In this document: one piece after another, positions 1 through 12,954 of the stretch
How positions within the stretch are numbered: the stretch's first letter is position 1
How the letters are laid out: every line of letters starts with the position of its first letter
Assembly (NCBI GenBank): GCA_043228905.1
Contig: JBHGNT010000009.1
Location: 3,286,001 to 3,350,000 of the forward strand
DNA from: Azolla caroliniana
Lineage: Eukaryota; Plantae; Polypodiophyta
Reading direction: 5' to 3'
Length of the DNA stretch: 64,000 nt
Notes under the pieces: generated by a model
Told to the model about the DNA's origin: nothing
The model's input: only the letters and a program-made list of their open reading frames with translations
Databases searched by the model: none
Position numbers and translations under genes: made by a program

Positions 1-618
1 ACACATGCTACTGTAAACCCTTATGTCTAACTAGATCGAACATTCATTCTTTTTTTAAGCAATTAAAAGCTCAATAGCTCATTATCTATGTCAATACGTT
101 GGAATTTGAAATCATCCTCTTTGCTAATAAGGTTGTTAGTGTTGTTTCATTACATTTGAAGAAAAAACTTAAACTCATTGTGAACCTTTACAAAATAGAA
201 TTGATTGGTAATGCCAACAAGAGCTTGCATTTGTTTTCCTACTCTAGAGGTGAATTCCCTAAAAACCTTTGCAATTAAAGAGATACATTATTGTTACGTA
301 CATTGCAGTAGTTTCATGTGAATTACAAACGTTTCACATAATGCCAAAAACATAAATTTACATATAGATATTGTATGACACTTGTGAGGTAGGCAAAAAG
401 GAGAAGTACTAAGGTGCGACTCAAGGACATTTACAAATAGAGCATTTCAAACGTGCACATGTGGAAGAGTTGGATGATGTTGACAATGAAGTTTTGAGAT
501 GTAATATATAGATGCAAATTTGGCTAGTGTCTACGTAGTTGTATTTAAGGTAACACCTCTAAGTCAAGTGAAGCCTAGGTTGATGTTGCTCCTACCACAT
601 TAGAGGAGAAATATTCAA

Positions 619-1207
619 CTTTACACTTCTCCTTACTTAAGTATTATCTAGAATGAGAATTTGACATCTATTTATTGTTTGTGAAAGACATGTCACCTCC
701 TAATAGGCTCCCTTAATAATCTTTTCTTCACTTAATTTTTGCGTGTTTTTTAATAATAAAATGTTGAGTAATCGTTTAGGTTTGTTGGGTTTCTGCAACT
801 CGTTTTGGAAGTTCCGTGTGCAAGAATTGTAGGACAGTTTCTACAACTTGTTTTGGAAGTTCTACATGCCAAAATAGTGGGATCAAGTTGTTGGTGACTT
901 AACTTGATTGAGCCTTCATAGCTTTACACTTCTCCTTACTTAAGCTTATCTAGAATGAGAATTTGAAGTCTATTGATTGTTTTTGAATGACATGTCGCCC
1001 CCTAATAGGTTCCCTTTATAATGTTATCTTTTCTTCTTAACTTTGCACTTTTTTTTTATTAACAAATGTTGAGTAATTGTTTAGGCTTGTCGGTTTCCAC
1101 ATGCAAGAAATGTAAGAAAATCTATGCAACTCGTTTTGGAAGTTCCACATGCTAGAATTGTAGCAACGAGTTGTTAGTGAAGTAACTTGATCAAGTCTTC
1201 ATGACTT
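619..1207. repeat. Degenerate tandem duplication, ~300-bp unit x2
   Basis: ctttacacttctccttacttaag...atctagaatgagaatttga starts at 619 and again at 922; similarity continues through aacttgat..cttcat. Confidence 0.8.
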
Positions 1208-2056
1208 TAGCAAAGCATCTTGTGATGGTTGCTTGTGAGTAAAATTACCGCCTTCTCAAGGGTTCACATTGCCTCAGAAAATTAAGGAGAACAAGAAGTC
1301 TTGAAATAACTAAATAATTCGCAATAAACACTTTGATTTCCCCTTAATAGATCAACTCTCTATCAACCACTATAAATATCAACTTCACTTGTAATTTTGA
1401 TGTTGGACACATACATCAACGTGAATATAGTTCAACCTTTTGCAATGTAAGCTCATTCTAAGCCATTTTCTCCTAAGCTTTGCTATGTTCGAGACATATC
1501 TCCAAAATTGGTAGACTTTGTATTGGCCTCACCATCCAATTAAGCATGATCAAAATCATAAGGATGCAAACTTACTAAGATTTTTGAAACGTCACAGACA
1601 ATATGGTCATGAAATTATTTGTCAAGATCATGTGTGTACTACAGTAGTCTAGAGAACCTGACATATCGGAAGCTTCAAAAGTTGTCTTTATACTTGATGG
1701 TGTCGAACACCAAATCATGCATTGGTAAGGCATGCAAAGCCACACAGATGGGAGATTGGGCTCGTTTGCTTGACATATGAGAATGTCGAAAACCTTTGCA
1801 ATGTTACCACACCACACATAGTTAGGTGTTGCATAGCCTCAAGCTCATAATGTTAGAACACATAGTAGGGAAGCAAACCTACGAAACAATGGATTGGATT
1901 CTCCCCCTACCCTACCCCTCCCCCCCCCCCCCCCCCACACACACACAGACACGTACACATGGGAATGTCTAAAACCCCCTCACTCATATATCCATGGTGC
2001 CCACGAAACACATGGAGAATGTCGACAAAACCACGGGCCTCACTTTCACCCATTGT

Positions 2057-2057
<1 letters not shown>

Positions 2058-2092
<35 letters not shown>
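2058..2092. repeat. (CA)n microsatellite
   Basis: Directly visible; flanked by poly-C and (CTT)n runs. Confidence 0.95.
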
Positions 2093-2094
<2 letters not shown>

Positions 2095-2769
2095 GAATGT
2101 CCAAAGAAACTTGTCGCTGGTGGCATGTATGTTAATGTCACCAAGCGAGCGTCTTCTTGCCATGCGTGGGCCAACCTTCCTTCTTCTTCTTCTTCTTCTT
2201 CTTGAAGAAATCCATGAGGAGTTGTGGGTGGGATTTTATGGGGTGTATTTCTATTTCTTTTTTATGGTTACACAGGATCTACTTACAACCTCTTCCTTCC
2301 TCTTCCTCTTCCTCTTCCTTCCAACTTTCTTCATCTTCTTTCTTTTTCTTTCTTTCTTTTTTGTGGCTTTCCTTTTGAACATCTTTTTTTTGGGGGGATT
2401 TTTTTCCTTTCCTTTTCTTCCCTTCAGTTGTGGTGATTGTCGTAGTTTCTATACCAAGCTTTTATATATGTACATGTAACATAACATATATGGGCGGAGG
2501 GGAGGGAAGGGTGGTTCAAAATTAACCCTCCGACGTGGCCATGATGGCCATGGCCATGCATGCATAACTATACATACATACATGTACATATGTATGTATA
2601 TAACTAAAAACGAGATTTGGGGCGGGTAACACCATCACCCATCATCTTCTCTCTACCATCACCCATCATCATCATCATCATCTCTCTACCACCACCACCT
2701 CCTCCATTCTCTCTCGTATGTTAAATTTTCTTTCCTGCTTAACGCTCTCTCATGCACACACATACATAT

Positions 2770-2802
<33 letters not shown>

Positions 2803-3063
2803 TACATACATATATATATATATACCCATTCTTTTCTGGCTTCTCTCTTTTCCTTGCTAAATCAGAGTAGAAACATATAGATTTTTATTATTATAGCTCC
2901 TATATAGATCAATCCCCTCCTCTGTCTGCCCCAATTACATTAATAGAAGCAGAGAGACATAGGCATCTCTTCTTTTGGTGGAGTTTTTTTTCATCTGCTT
3001 CTTCTTCTTCTTCTTCTTTTAATCTGAACTTTCTGTTGTTTGGGAAGCCTAGCTTTTACTTAC

Positions 3064-3846
3064 ATGGCTGTCCATGCACAACCCAACCCAAACACCAATC
3101 CCCCTTCCAACCCCACTACCGGTGGTGGCCTCCTTGCTGATCTCGCTAAACACAGGTGACATGTTGATTCATTCTGCATGCCTGCTTTCTGCATATTAAC
3201 TAATTCTTCTTGTTAAATTTCTTTTTTAGTACAATCTCTCAGACTTGCTCTTTTTTAATGCCATCTCTACCTTCCCCTTCTTGATCTTGCTCTTTCTCTT
3301 GTTATTGTTCTCTCGATTTTTCATGCTTTTTCTCTTGATCATTTGTGTTTCTGCCTCAATTGCTCTTATCTCTCTTCCTGTTTCTACCACAATTGCTCGT
3401 ATCTCTCTTCCTTGCCTTCCTTAGCTTGATTCTTCCGGTCCTAAATCTTCTCTCTGATTGATTTTGTATTTGGTTGTAGTTCTTTCCGTTTCTCTTTGAT
3501 TCGATCGGTTCAGGTTTCTCTTTTAGCTTCTGCTCTCTTTGATTCGATTGGGCCAGATTTCTCTTTTAGCTTTTGCTTTTATTGATTTGCTCTTTCTTCT
3601 TGTCAATAATTGTGATTGGTAAGCACTGGAAAGAAAGAAAGAAAGAAAGAAAGAAAAAACCATTGTCTGGACGTTGTCGTCTCGATTTAATGATTGGTGG
3701 GGTTCTCCACATCGCATAAAATCTGATTGATTCGCAGGCCTCCACCTGTTCCTGTATCAGCAAATAATGTGGATATTTGTGATTTCGACCCTCGCACTCT
3801 CTTTGTTACCTTCCCTTTTGTGGGACAAGATGTGGCATCTTGCCAA

Positions 3847-3887
<41 letters not shown>

Positions 3888-5524
3888 AGTCCTTCATCAT
3901 CAAGCCATGCTTCAACCGGGTTTGTTTCAATCATCTATGTATTTCTTTCTGATGTCCTCTCTTTAGTATCTCTAATGTCCATATCTTAGCGGCTCTATAT
4001 ATTCTTTTTCAATAGTCTCCCTTCCCCTCTCTAGGATTTTTCATGTCTTTCTGCAACATCATTGTTTAGAATCAGGCTATGTTTGTGTCTAGTGTGCCTT
4101 GAATTAAGGTCGGTCATATCTTTATGTCTGATCCCTTCATTTTAGGGTACTCACATCCTCTAATGTCTTTATGTAGGGATAGCCATATATTTGAAGTCCG
4201 ATTGTCTTCATTTAGACTAGTCATTTTTTTGTTTTTTGGGTTAGTTGTACTGAGGTTTTAAGGGGTTTGGATTTCTATAATGCTTTGAGTGTTAAAAATA
4301 TTTCTTCATCATGTTATGTTACAGGTTCGTTGTCCTGAATTATCGCTAACATGCCTTCTTTCTTTCTCAGGCGGCAGCAGTGGTGTTAACATGCCGATTC
4401 CTAACTTTGCAGTCTTTCAGCAGCAGCAGTCCATCACCAATATAGAATTAACTGCCCCTCGGCAGCGAAAGAGGAGGATTAAAGCACAAACCAACATTAG
4501 GAGGCCATCACCTGACCTTAATCAAAGCCACAATGCATGTGTTCTTGCCGGTACCATAACTCCAAATAGTGGTGTATCTACTGGTCTCCGCCTGGCCTTG
4601 GATGATGACCTATCCACTGTCACTAGTTCTCGCCCAGATCATCATGTAGGTTCGATCTCTGCCTCCTCAATGAATATATTCGGTGATGACTTGTCAGTGC
4701 ACATTGTACAACAACAGAACGAGTTGAATCAGCTCATCAAAATACAGGTAGGGGTAGAGTTTTTAGGGCAGAGAGACCAATTTTAATTTGTTTAATATTT
4801 TCAAAATTTATCCGAATCACCTCTCCATGAATGGAAATTCTGGGTAAATGTCAATAACTAATGTGGCTAATTTATGTTTATGTAAATGCATCCCTCGGTT
4901 TGAACAACGAAGACGTGGAATTTGATGGTACATTTTTATTTTTGAATATGGTGATTGCAGATTGAACAACTAAGGCATGCATTGGTAGAAAGAATGCAGA
5001 TGCATTCAAAGGTTTTCCTTGCTACTGTGGAAGAGCAAGTATCTTACTTGTTACGGGATCGTGAGATGGAATTGGAGAAGGTAACCCAAAGGAATCTAGA
5101 GTTGGAACAGAGGATAAAACAGATAGGTTTAGAGACTCATATATGGCAGAACAAAGCCAAGAGCTTCGAAGCTATGGTGGCTATGTTGAGAGCCAATTTG
5201 CAACAAGCATTAATCAGTCAAAGCAGAGAGCAAATCCCTGTAGAGGGACATGGAAATAATGATGCTGATGATGCTGCATCTGAACATATTGATGGTAGTG
5301 ATGAAGCTCAACAGATGAGAGCTTCAATAATAATGGGAAGAAAAACAATGAGTCCTTTGGTAGAAGTGAAGAGATCCTGCAGGAGTTGCAGGGCTATGGA
5401 AGCTTCTGTTTTGCTAGTACCATGTATGCATTTGTGCTTGTGCAGCAATTGTCAGAAAGATGTACAGAAATGTCCAATCTGCAATTCCGATAGGAGTGCA
5501 TGTGTTGAGGTATACTTATCATGA
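3064..5524 (+). CDS. BOI-related / SBP (S-RNase-binding protein) family RING-HC E3 ubiquitin ligase
   Basis: Exons 3064-3155, 3738-3919, 4371-4747, 4961-5524 join in frame with GT-AG introns. It has an MAVHAQ start, the VSTGLRL motif, a coiled coil (LRDREMELE...WQNKAK...AMVAMLRANLQQ), GNNDADDAAS and a C-terminal C3HC4 RING (CRSC..LLVPCMHLCLC..C..CPIC..VEV). Confidence 0.9.
3844..3888 (+). repeat. (CAACAG)n coding microsatellite, 15-Gln tract in the RING gene
   Basis: Alternating CAA/CAG codons inside predicted exon 2. Confidence 0.9.
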
Positions 5525-6690
5525 TTAAGTTTGGTGTGCTTACTGTGATGATCTAGATTCACTTCCGAACAATAAGCATAGTGTATGGAGAAAACAAATG
5601 TAGACCTTTTTTAATTATTAATTCTACAGAAATCAGGATACAGATGACCAAGAAATGCAATTCAGGCTAATACATAGTAAATCAAAGGAAGGCCATCAGT
5701 TCAGGAAATATATTTTACAGAGGAAGAGGAAGTATCATTTGGGTATTAATTCATATCTTGTAGTCCGTCAATATATTATACTCAGTTCCGATGCATTTCT
5801 GTGAGGCTGGAATTCATAATTCCGCATTTCTATGAAAATGGAATGAAAAGATTGTTTTGGGTGTGATGTGTTTCTTTCGTTTTTTTAATCATCAACATTA
5901 TTATTGTTATTTTGTGTTCGTAAACGAAAGAAGTCCTCACCTCATGGCTAGAACAAAATAATCATGAATTGGGAAGGGTTTGTGAATAAAGGATCGGAGT
6001 TGCAAATTTATTCTACTAATAATGCTGTTTCTAGACCACAAAAAGACTAGGATAAAATGAGCTTAAGATTGGAGAAGAAAATTTTAGTAATAATGTTGTT
6101 TCTTGGAGTATGACAGTGTAATATTGAATTTGCATATGCTCATCAAACAAATCAAATGCATCAAATTCTGATCCAAGGTTACAGTGCTATTGTTAGTTCT
6201 AAGAAAATGCTGTGTGCACAATACATCAGGGGAAAGGGGGATACTTTAGTGTAGCTTTCATCAGGTGTGGCTTATAACTTTATTGTGACATGCAAATGTA
6301 GTGATTTAGTTGCCATGGATTACATTAATTGAGTTGCTATGTACTATTAATGATTCACATTAGGAGATCATTAATTTACAAGTTTATATTGTGAGATCCA
6401 AACGATCTCTTCAATTGTACTTGATTCTTAAATTACTAAGTAGTTTCTGCTATTATATTTGGTTATCGTATTATTCTGCTTTTTATTTTCAAAACAGTTC
6501 CAAGTTGTCTAACCATATGGAGCGGTACTGTGCACTGGAGTTGTGTCCACTTTTAATTTTACAAAACGTCATTTTCATGTTGTATAGACATGCCTTATAA
6601 CAAATGAAGATTTTTTTGCAATGAGATCATCAGCCACCAATGAATATATACTGATATTGAGTTTAGAATGTATATATACAATTTCAGCAT

Positions 6691-9600
6691 TCATATTAAT
6701 GAAAGGAAGTTTTCCATAGCTTTGATCATATTTGGTGGCCATTGAAGCTCTGCACTGACCCATCTGATAAGAGGCATACATAGTGTTTAGCATACTGAGA
6801 ATGCATGCATACTATCCATTTAAGTAACAATCAGAGCTCACCTAATATCTCTGTACAGAGGCTCCCTTCGCGTAGCCTCAGAAAACTGGCCCTCAGCTTT
6901 GCTAACCTCACCTTCACTCCATAGAACTGCTGCCAGGGCAGCATGTGCTTCAGCATAATTTGGATATTTCCGGACAAGTCCTTGCATCAGTTTCTTGGCA
7001 TCTTCTGGCTTTTCAAGCTTCAAAGGTAAAAAGATTTTGAATGATTACAGAGTCAAATTCATCAAAAAAGTCTCCCAATTTATTATTAATGTCCTTCATC
7101 TAGTCTTTTGGCTCTCCTGTCTTTAAATATTCCACATGGCATCAATTTGCCGCAATATTTTCTGGTACAATGTAGTATTGTCAATTGGTATTAAATTGGA
7201 CATTCTCAATGTTGATATTTTGAGTATGATCCACAAGATATCGTGTAAAATGGCAAAACGACTTAGTCATAGGAGAATGAAATTTATCATGAAACAATGA
7301 ATATTTGCAATAACAAGAAGTCAACGAATGACCATTTTACACTTCAGTTCCACACCTGAAAAAGAGTTAATGCCTCCTTTAACCGATACCCAGCAATGCC
7401 TGGAGCAAGCAAGGAAGCTCTCTCATATGCAACCAAGGCATCATCAAACTTATTTATTCGTGTATCCACATTTCCAAGGTTAAACCAAGCTGCATATTCC
7501 TGAATGACAAAAAGAAGAGTGTAAAATAAAAGTGTTAAACCAAGCTGCATACAGTACCGCCAGAATTAAAAAACCATACCTCTGGGTCATTCTCGATCGC
7601 AGACTTACAGTCATTAATAGCTTCTTCAAATCTCCCAAGAGCCTGCAAGCATCATAATAATCCTAGACATTTTAATAAAAGAAGCAACACATATACATGT
7701 CCATTTGCATCTTCGCATTCTACCAACTATTGCACTCAAACGATTTTCAATAATAAAAAGTGAGCTGATGAAATTTCTTTGACTGAATAAAATGTAAAAA
7801 AATGGCCAATTACAACCTTATTGCTAATATATATGGTGGAAGTAGATAATAGTTGAATCCAAGAATTACGTAAAATAGGAAGGAATGATTAACTTAACAT
7901 AGAAAACGGGTTATTACTATTGGAATTACACAGATGAGGTTTACAAAAGAATACCACCACAAGGGAGCTAATTAATGCTCTCACGTGCAACAAGGCATCG
8001 TTGATAATTATACCCGGAGATAATATGTCTGTAAAGGTTTCTAGCATATAAGTCATAGAATACGTTACCTGCATATGATTGGTTTTATACCACTTCTTTA
8101 TATAGAACAGTTTTTTATACTATTTTTGGTGATGATTGTACCCTTTCAAGCTCAATATGTCTCTCAGTGACTAATACATTCTGCATTTGTTTACAAGTTG
8201 TTATCACAGATGACAACCACTACAACCCAGACAAAAGGGAGCAGTTGTGAACTGCTTAAACATCGCAAACTTGGATTACTAAATTCTGCATCATTGAGAC
8301 GTTTAACCCTTTCATATAAAGAAGTTAAATAGGACACTTTACACCCCTTGCTTCTATAAAACATTAATTGACAATACATTAGACAATGATCCTATCCTAC
8401 AGTTATTAGTCATAATCAGAATTCCACTAATCACTGCTCATTGCAGAGCACAATAGTGAGGACAGAGAGAGTAGTTTGTCTTCTTGAATTATGTTAAATA
8501 GAACAATTGGAATATGCTGCTAGTTTCTATAAAACGGCACTTGCTATATTTAATGATGGTCCTATAGTTATTAGTCATGGTCAGAGTATGCAACAACTAT
8601 TGACCATACCAGAGAACAAAGGTAAGCTTAGCTAAAAAAGTGTGTTCGGTCAAATTATGTTAAATCAAACACTTTGAATTATGCTGCTTGTTTCTATAAA
8701 ACTGCAATTGTTAATATGTTTTATGGTAATAATATACTATAGTTATTGGCATTACAGAGCCCGATAATGAGCTTTCAAAAAGCAGTTCTGACTTATGGAG
8801 TTCTCAAGTAGCATTAAGAACAGTTTTAAACTCCTCGAGTTTGAAATGTCTCTCAGTGACTAGTTTGATTCTGCATATGTTTACAAGTTGTCCTCACAGA
8901 TGAATACCACTACAACCCATACAAAAGGGAGCAGTTATCAACTGCATAGACATCACAAACTTGGTTTACTAAAATATTGCATCATTGAGACATTGTGTAC
9001 TGGCACAACTCAAAATGGGGGGCTCAGGGTTGGGGTTCACACAAGATATACTCATAAAAAATAACATCCAGAAGAGAGATATAGAAACAAACAAAACTAT
9101 CACCATTTCCATGCACAGATGATGTGATCTAAATGCAAAGAATGTGTGCGCTTTGTATTTAACTTGGTGTTAGCACATTCATTCCATCTAGAACAAGAAT
9201 CAATACATTACAAAGTTTTACTTTAGACATAAATAAAAACATATTTACTAAACTCAAAGGTTACTGGGGATGATTCTGCAAACTTTAGATTTAATTGTTG
9301 CAAATAAATTTTTACTAGATACGGAACATCAATCAACATTCAAAAAGCTCAACTAGGGCAGAAAATTAGGAAGATACTTACTTAACCTAACTTCTATCGC
9401 ATGTTGAATAAGTTATGTTTGCATATGCATTCTGACTTCAATGAGAATAATCAATCGGCTAATCAATAAGCTCAAATAAGAGAGCAAATGAACGTTCAAA
9501 GTTGTGTATACTTGCTTCGAAATTAATCAACATTCAAAAGGCAAATTAAAAACGCCAAGGACATTCACATCAACCTCAAAATCTAATGCTGTGACTTCTG

Positions 9601-10565
9601 AAACAAAGCAGGCAGATGCTTTCTATAGAAGGTTGTTCGTTGCATATACAGTTAACAAAACCTTAACTATGAGGCCGAAACAAAGAAGAAGCTTCAAATC
9701 AAATGTTTGCAAAAGAAGAAAGCTCAAATCAGCGAGCTACAATAAAATCCGTGTCTACGAATTTTGATACAAACAATGCACGTGCTTTTCTTATGCTATA
9801 GCTCACATCAATTTTGCTATTCTATTCTGCATACATTCTAATTCTATGAGAATCAAGACTCCAAGAACACTTAACTAAAGAAAGAAAAGACAAAGAAGAA
9901 GAAACATGAATAGTAGTCTTGCGTAATGCACCTCTTTCCACGTTATAATTTACACAAAGTTCTGTTTTCATTTTTGCATATATATTACTTCTGTTCTGAG
10001 AATTAAAGCTTCACGAAAGTTTAACAAGGAAAGGACAAAGACGAAGAAGAATGTAAATAATAACCTCGAGAGCTATGGCACGATTGAGGAGCGGCACAGG
10101 AGCCTCGGGAGCAAGTTCAACAGCTTTGTTGAGATCAGACAGAGCTTCTTCAAAAAGTCTGAGAGATAAACGAACACTTCCACGATTAGACCAAACGCTC
10201 GCACTCTTAGGATCTTCAAGGATAAGCTCAGAGAATATCTTCTCCGCGGTTTCAAGGTCTCCGGCGACAGCAGCACGCAGAGCTTCTTGCAATTTCGGGT
10301 TCTCCACATCTTTTAGCCTGACTCTCTTCGAAACGGAAGAAGCTAGCGCAGGCGCTGTGCCTAGTGTGTGCAATGAAGATACTGCTGTAGCTAAAGAGAG
10401 TAAAGCTCGGCGATGGAGGTGGAGGCTTCGCTCTTCAGAGGCAGTGACAGAGCGCGAGACTGAGGAGGAGGAGGTGGAAGAAATGGCTACGGGCGGAACA
10501 GATGTTGAACCAAGGGAGACTGCCGGGTAGAAGGATGATGTGGTCATGGTCATGGCCATGGCCAT
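6691..10565 (-). CDS. Tetratricopeptide-repeat protein, probably chloroplast/thylakoid targeted
   Basis: Exons 10565-10065, 7642-7580, 7499-7356, 7017-6842, 6763-6691 are GT-AG and frame-consistent. The Ser/Thr-rich N-terminus has RR-hydrophobic-ALA (Tat-like). TPR motifs: WSNRG, LLNRAIALEALGRFEEA, WFNLGN, AEAHAALAA. C-terminus WVSAELQWPP. Confidence 0.88.
8140..8990. repeat. Local direct duplications within TPR intron 1
   Basis: atgtctctcagtgacta...ttacaagttg...gcatcattgagac occurs at ~8157 and ~8846. A second unit (ctatagttattagtcat...tttctataaaac) repeats at ~8396 and ~8562. Confidence 0.75.
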
Positions 10566-12350
10566 TGCGAGGTCGATGAGACAGCTTCGTCTTGTTCTTT
10601 TTCCTCGCCGGCCGCTTCTCCTTCTCCTTCTCCTTCTCCTTCTGCTCCTGCTCCTGCTTCTGCTTCTCCTCCTCCTGCTGCTGCTTCTTCTTCTTCTTCT
10701 TCTTCTTTTTCTGCAACGGCTGAGGGGCCATGAGCCATGTCTATATGACCACTGTTATCTGTGGCCTATTTTCTAGGGCTAACCTTTCCATTATAACATA
10801 ACACACACAGACACACATTTTACTGCATTGAGAAACACATGTCCAAGAGCTATAGAAAGTATTAGAGTCCCTCCGAAATGATTCCTCCGACAAATGACCA
10901 ACGATTGTCATGATCAAACTTATTCCACCCTCCCGGTGAACAAGGACCTCGGCTACCATTACAAACTCAAAGGTAGATCCTTGTTTTTACGATGAACAAA
11001 CCTTCCAAGATTGTCACGTAGAAAGAGAGAGAAAAGGCGACTCCTCGTGCCAAATTGTTGTATTTAAGTATCCACCATATGTGGTGCCCAAAAGAAAGTA
11101 GAGTAAACCGATCATATCGTTATTGTCACGCCCATCTATTTCTCGTTCTTGTAGACACCTTGGATTGCAGTACACACCATAATTTGGGCAATCCAATGCT
11201 CTCAATCATGAAGGCCCCTTCATAGAATCATCCTACCTATAGAAACATTCAATTTTTGAAAGGCTTCCTCGCATCCCAAGCAAATTTTATCGATCGGAAG
11301 CCTCATCGTCCCAACAATAATTGCTAGTCGAAATCCATCGACTTCCCAACCAAATTGTTGATCACATAATAGACTTGGAACTTATTGTTCATGTCCCATG
11401 GAATACACCAATCCCAACTTTCTCAAACTACCTTCGAAATTTAAAAATCCATACCACTTCATGAGTATCAAATATCACTGATTGCAATTGGCTACTTTTT
11501 TTAACTCTGAAGGCAAGCCTCACAAACATCTACTTATAAAAACTGTTTGTAACCGACGGTTTGAACACACCCAAACAAACAAACAAATCCTCGACAGAAT
11601 TAAGAACTAACACTTCAAAGAAGGAATGAACATAAAATGGTTCCACCAGAAGAAAAAAAAATCAAATTGTTCCATTAAGTTTTGCCCTGATACACAACAC
11701 ATCGTCATTCCTATAGCTTCTATTCCTCTGACTTGCGGAATTCGTTATTTATTAAAGTGGTATGCAAATTATGCCGTTCCTCCATCAGTCAGATGCTCCA
11801 TCAAAATCCATTTGAAGATATTAAATATTAGCAACCTCAGTCTCAAACACAATATCCAAGTAGAATGAGCGAATGAATACCTCAAGCTCAAGCTCAATGG
11901 TATTTTCACATAACTGCAATGCCAAATTGAGACTTCAATTGCAGATCGTTCAACATAAGCACGTGAAGCCATATTAAATTCCTCTCTCATTGTGAGGAAA
12001 ATTGAACATTCTATAACTGAATTCAATTATAACGTGTTACCATCATCCAGAGTATAACAATACCCTACAATCCAGAATCATCCACATGCTCTTAACTATA
12101 AGGATCACCACCACCATACATCATAGAATCCTTCAACATACAAATCAAAAATTAAGTTACTTCTCAGACGAAAAACTTTAAACTTCATAATAGATGTCAA
12201 GAGGTAACACCAAAACAGAGGAACAAAATTTACATTTATGACAACCATCGCCTTTCACAAATGAAACAACACTGTGACTATTGTTTGACATGAATTACCA
12301 CATAGACACAAACGTAACCGATGCGAGTGTGAAATTCACAGAAAAATGGT

Positions 12351-12366
12351 GGTGTTCACAAACACC
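12351..12366 (-). promoter_or_regulatory. Histone-3'-like RNA stem-loop in the H2B copy 1 3' UTR
   Basis: mRNA sense ACAAA-GGUGUU-UGUG-AACACC-ACCA: 6-bp stem and 4-nt loop, 38 nt after the stop codon. Confidence 0.75.
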
Positions 12367-12404
12367 TTTGTTTTCAGAGTATAGATGCTAAGAAAGCTGC
12401 CTTC

Positions 12405-12845
12405 TTAAGCACTGGTAAACTTGGTGACGGCCTTTGTCCCTTCAGAGACAGCATGCTTGGCGAGTTCTCCTGGGAGGATGAGGCGAACAGCCGTCTGAAT
12501 TTCCCTACTAGTGATGGTAGGCTTCTTGTTGTATCGAGCAAGGCGAGCAGCTTCCTGAGCGAGCTTCTCAAATATGTCATTGATGAAGGAATTCATGATG
12601 CCCATGGCCTTGGAAGAGATACCCGTGTCAGGGTGCACCTGCTTGAGCACCTTGAAAATGTAGATCTTGTAGGTCTCGATGCTCTTCTTCACTTTCTTCT
12701 TCTTCTTGTCCCCCTCCTTAGCAGAGGAGGCAGAAGGCTTCTTCTCCGCAAGAGGTTTCTTTCCAGCAGGCTTCTTGCCTCCCTTCACAGACTTGATCGC
12801 CTTCTGCTCGGCCTCTGCAGGAACTTCTTTGGATTTGGGCGCCAT
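12405..12845 (-). CDS. H2B: Histone H2B (copy 1), intronless
   Basis: [64 protein letters not shown] core with a plant-type MAPK tail. Confidence 0.99.
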   Translation of the reverse strand: MAPKSKEVPAEAEQKAIKSVKGGKKPAGKKPLAEKKPSASSAKEGDKKKKKVKKSIETYKIYIFKVLKQVHPDTGISSKAMGIMNSFINDIFEKLAQEAARLARYNKKPTITSREIQTAVRLILPGELAKHAVSEGTKAVTKFTSA

Positions 12846-12954
12846 CGCTAGATAATAAGGAGGGATTAAAACACAGAAAGACTAATTAGGATAGATGCTT
12901 AGGAGACAGAATAGACAGATACGCAAACGATGATGGAAGACGTCGCACTGCGCT

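Noticed and set aside
1894-2479. Several overlapping 65-161 aa ORFs
   Set aside because: Products of poly-C, (CA)n and (CTT)n low-complexity sequence; no domain or splice support.
11014-11870. Gypsy integrase/chromodomain-like words (TT..SPF, RYLLKW)
   Set aside because: Too short, and on opposite strands; not supportable without a search.
12374-12851. Antisense and alternative-frame ORFs over both H2B genes, and likewise over HSP70 and TPR
   Set aside because: Expected shadow ORFs of conserved, codon-biased coding sequence.
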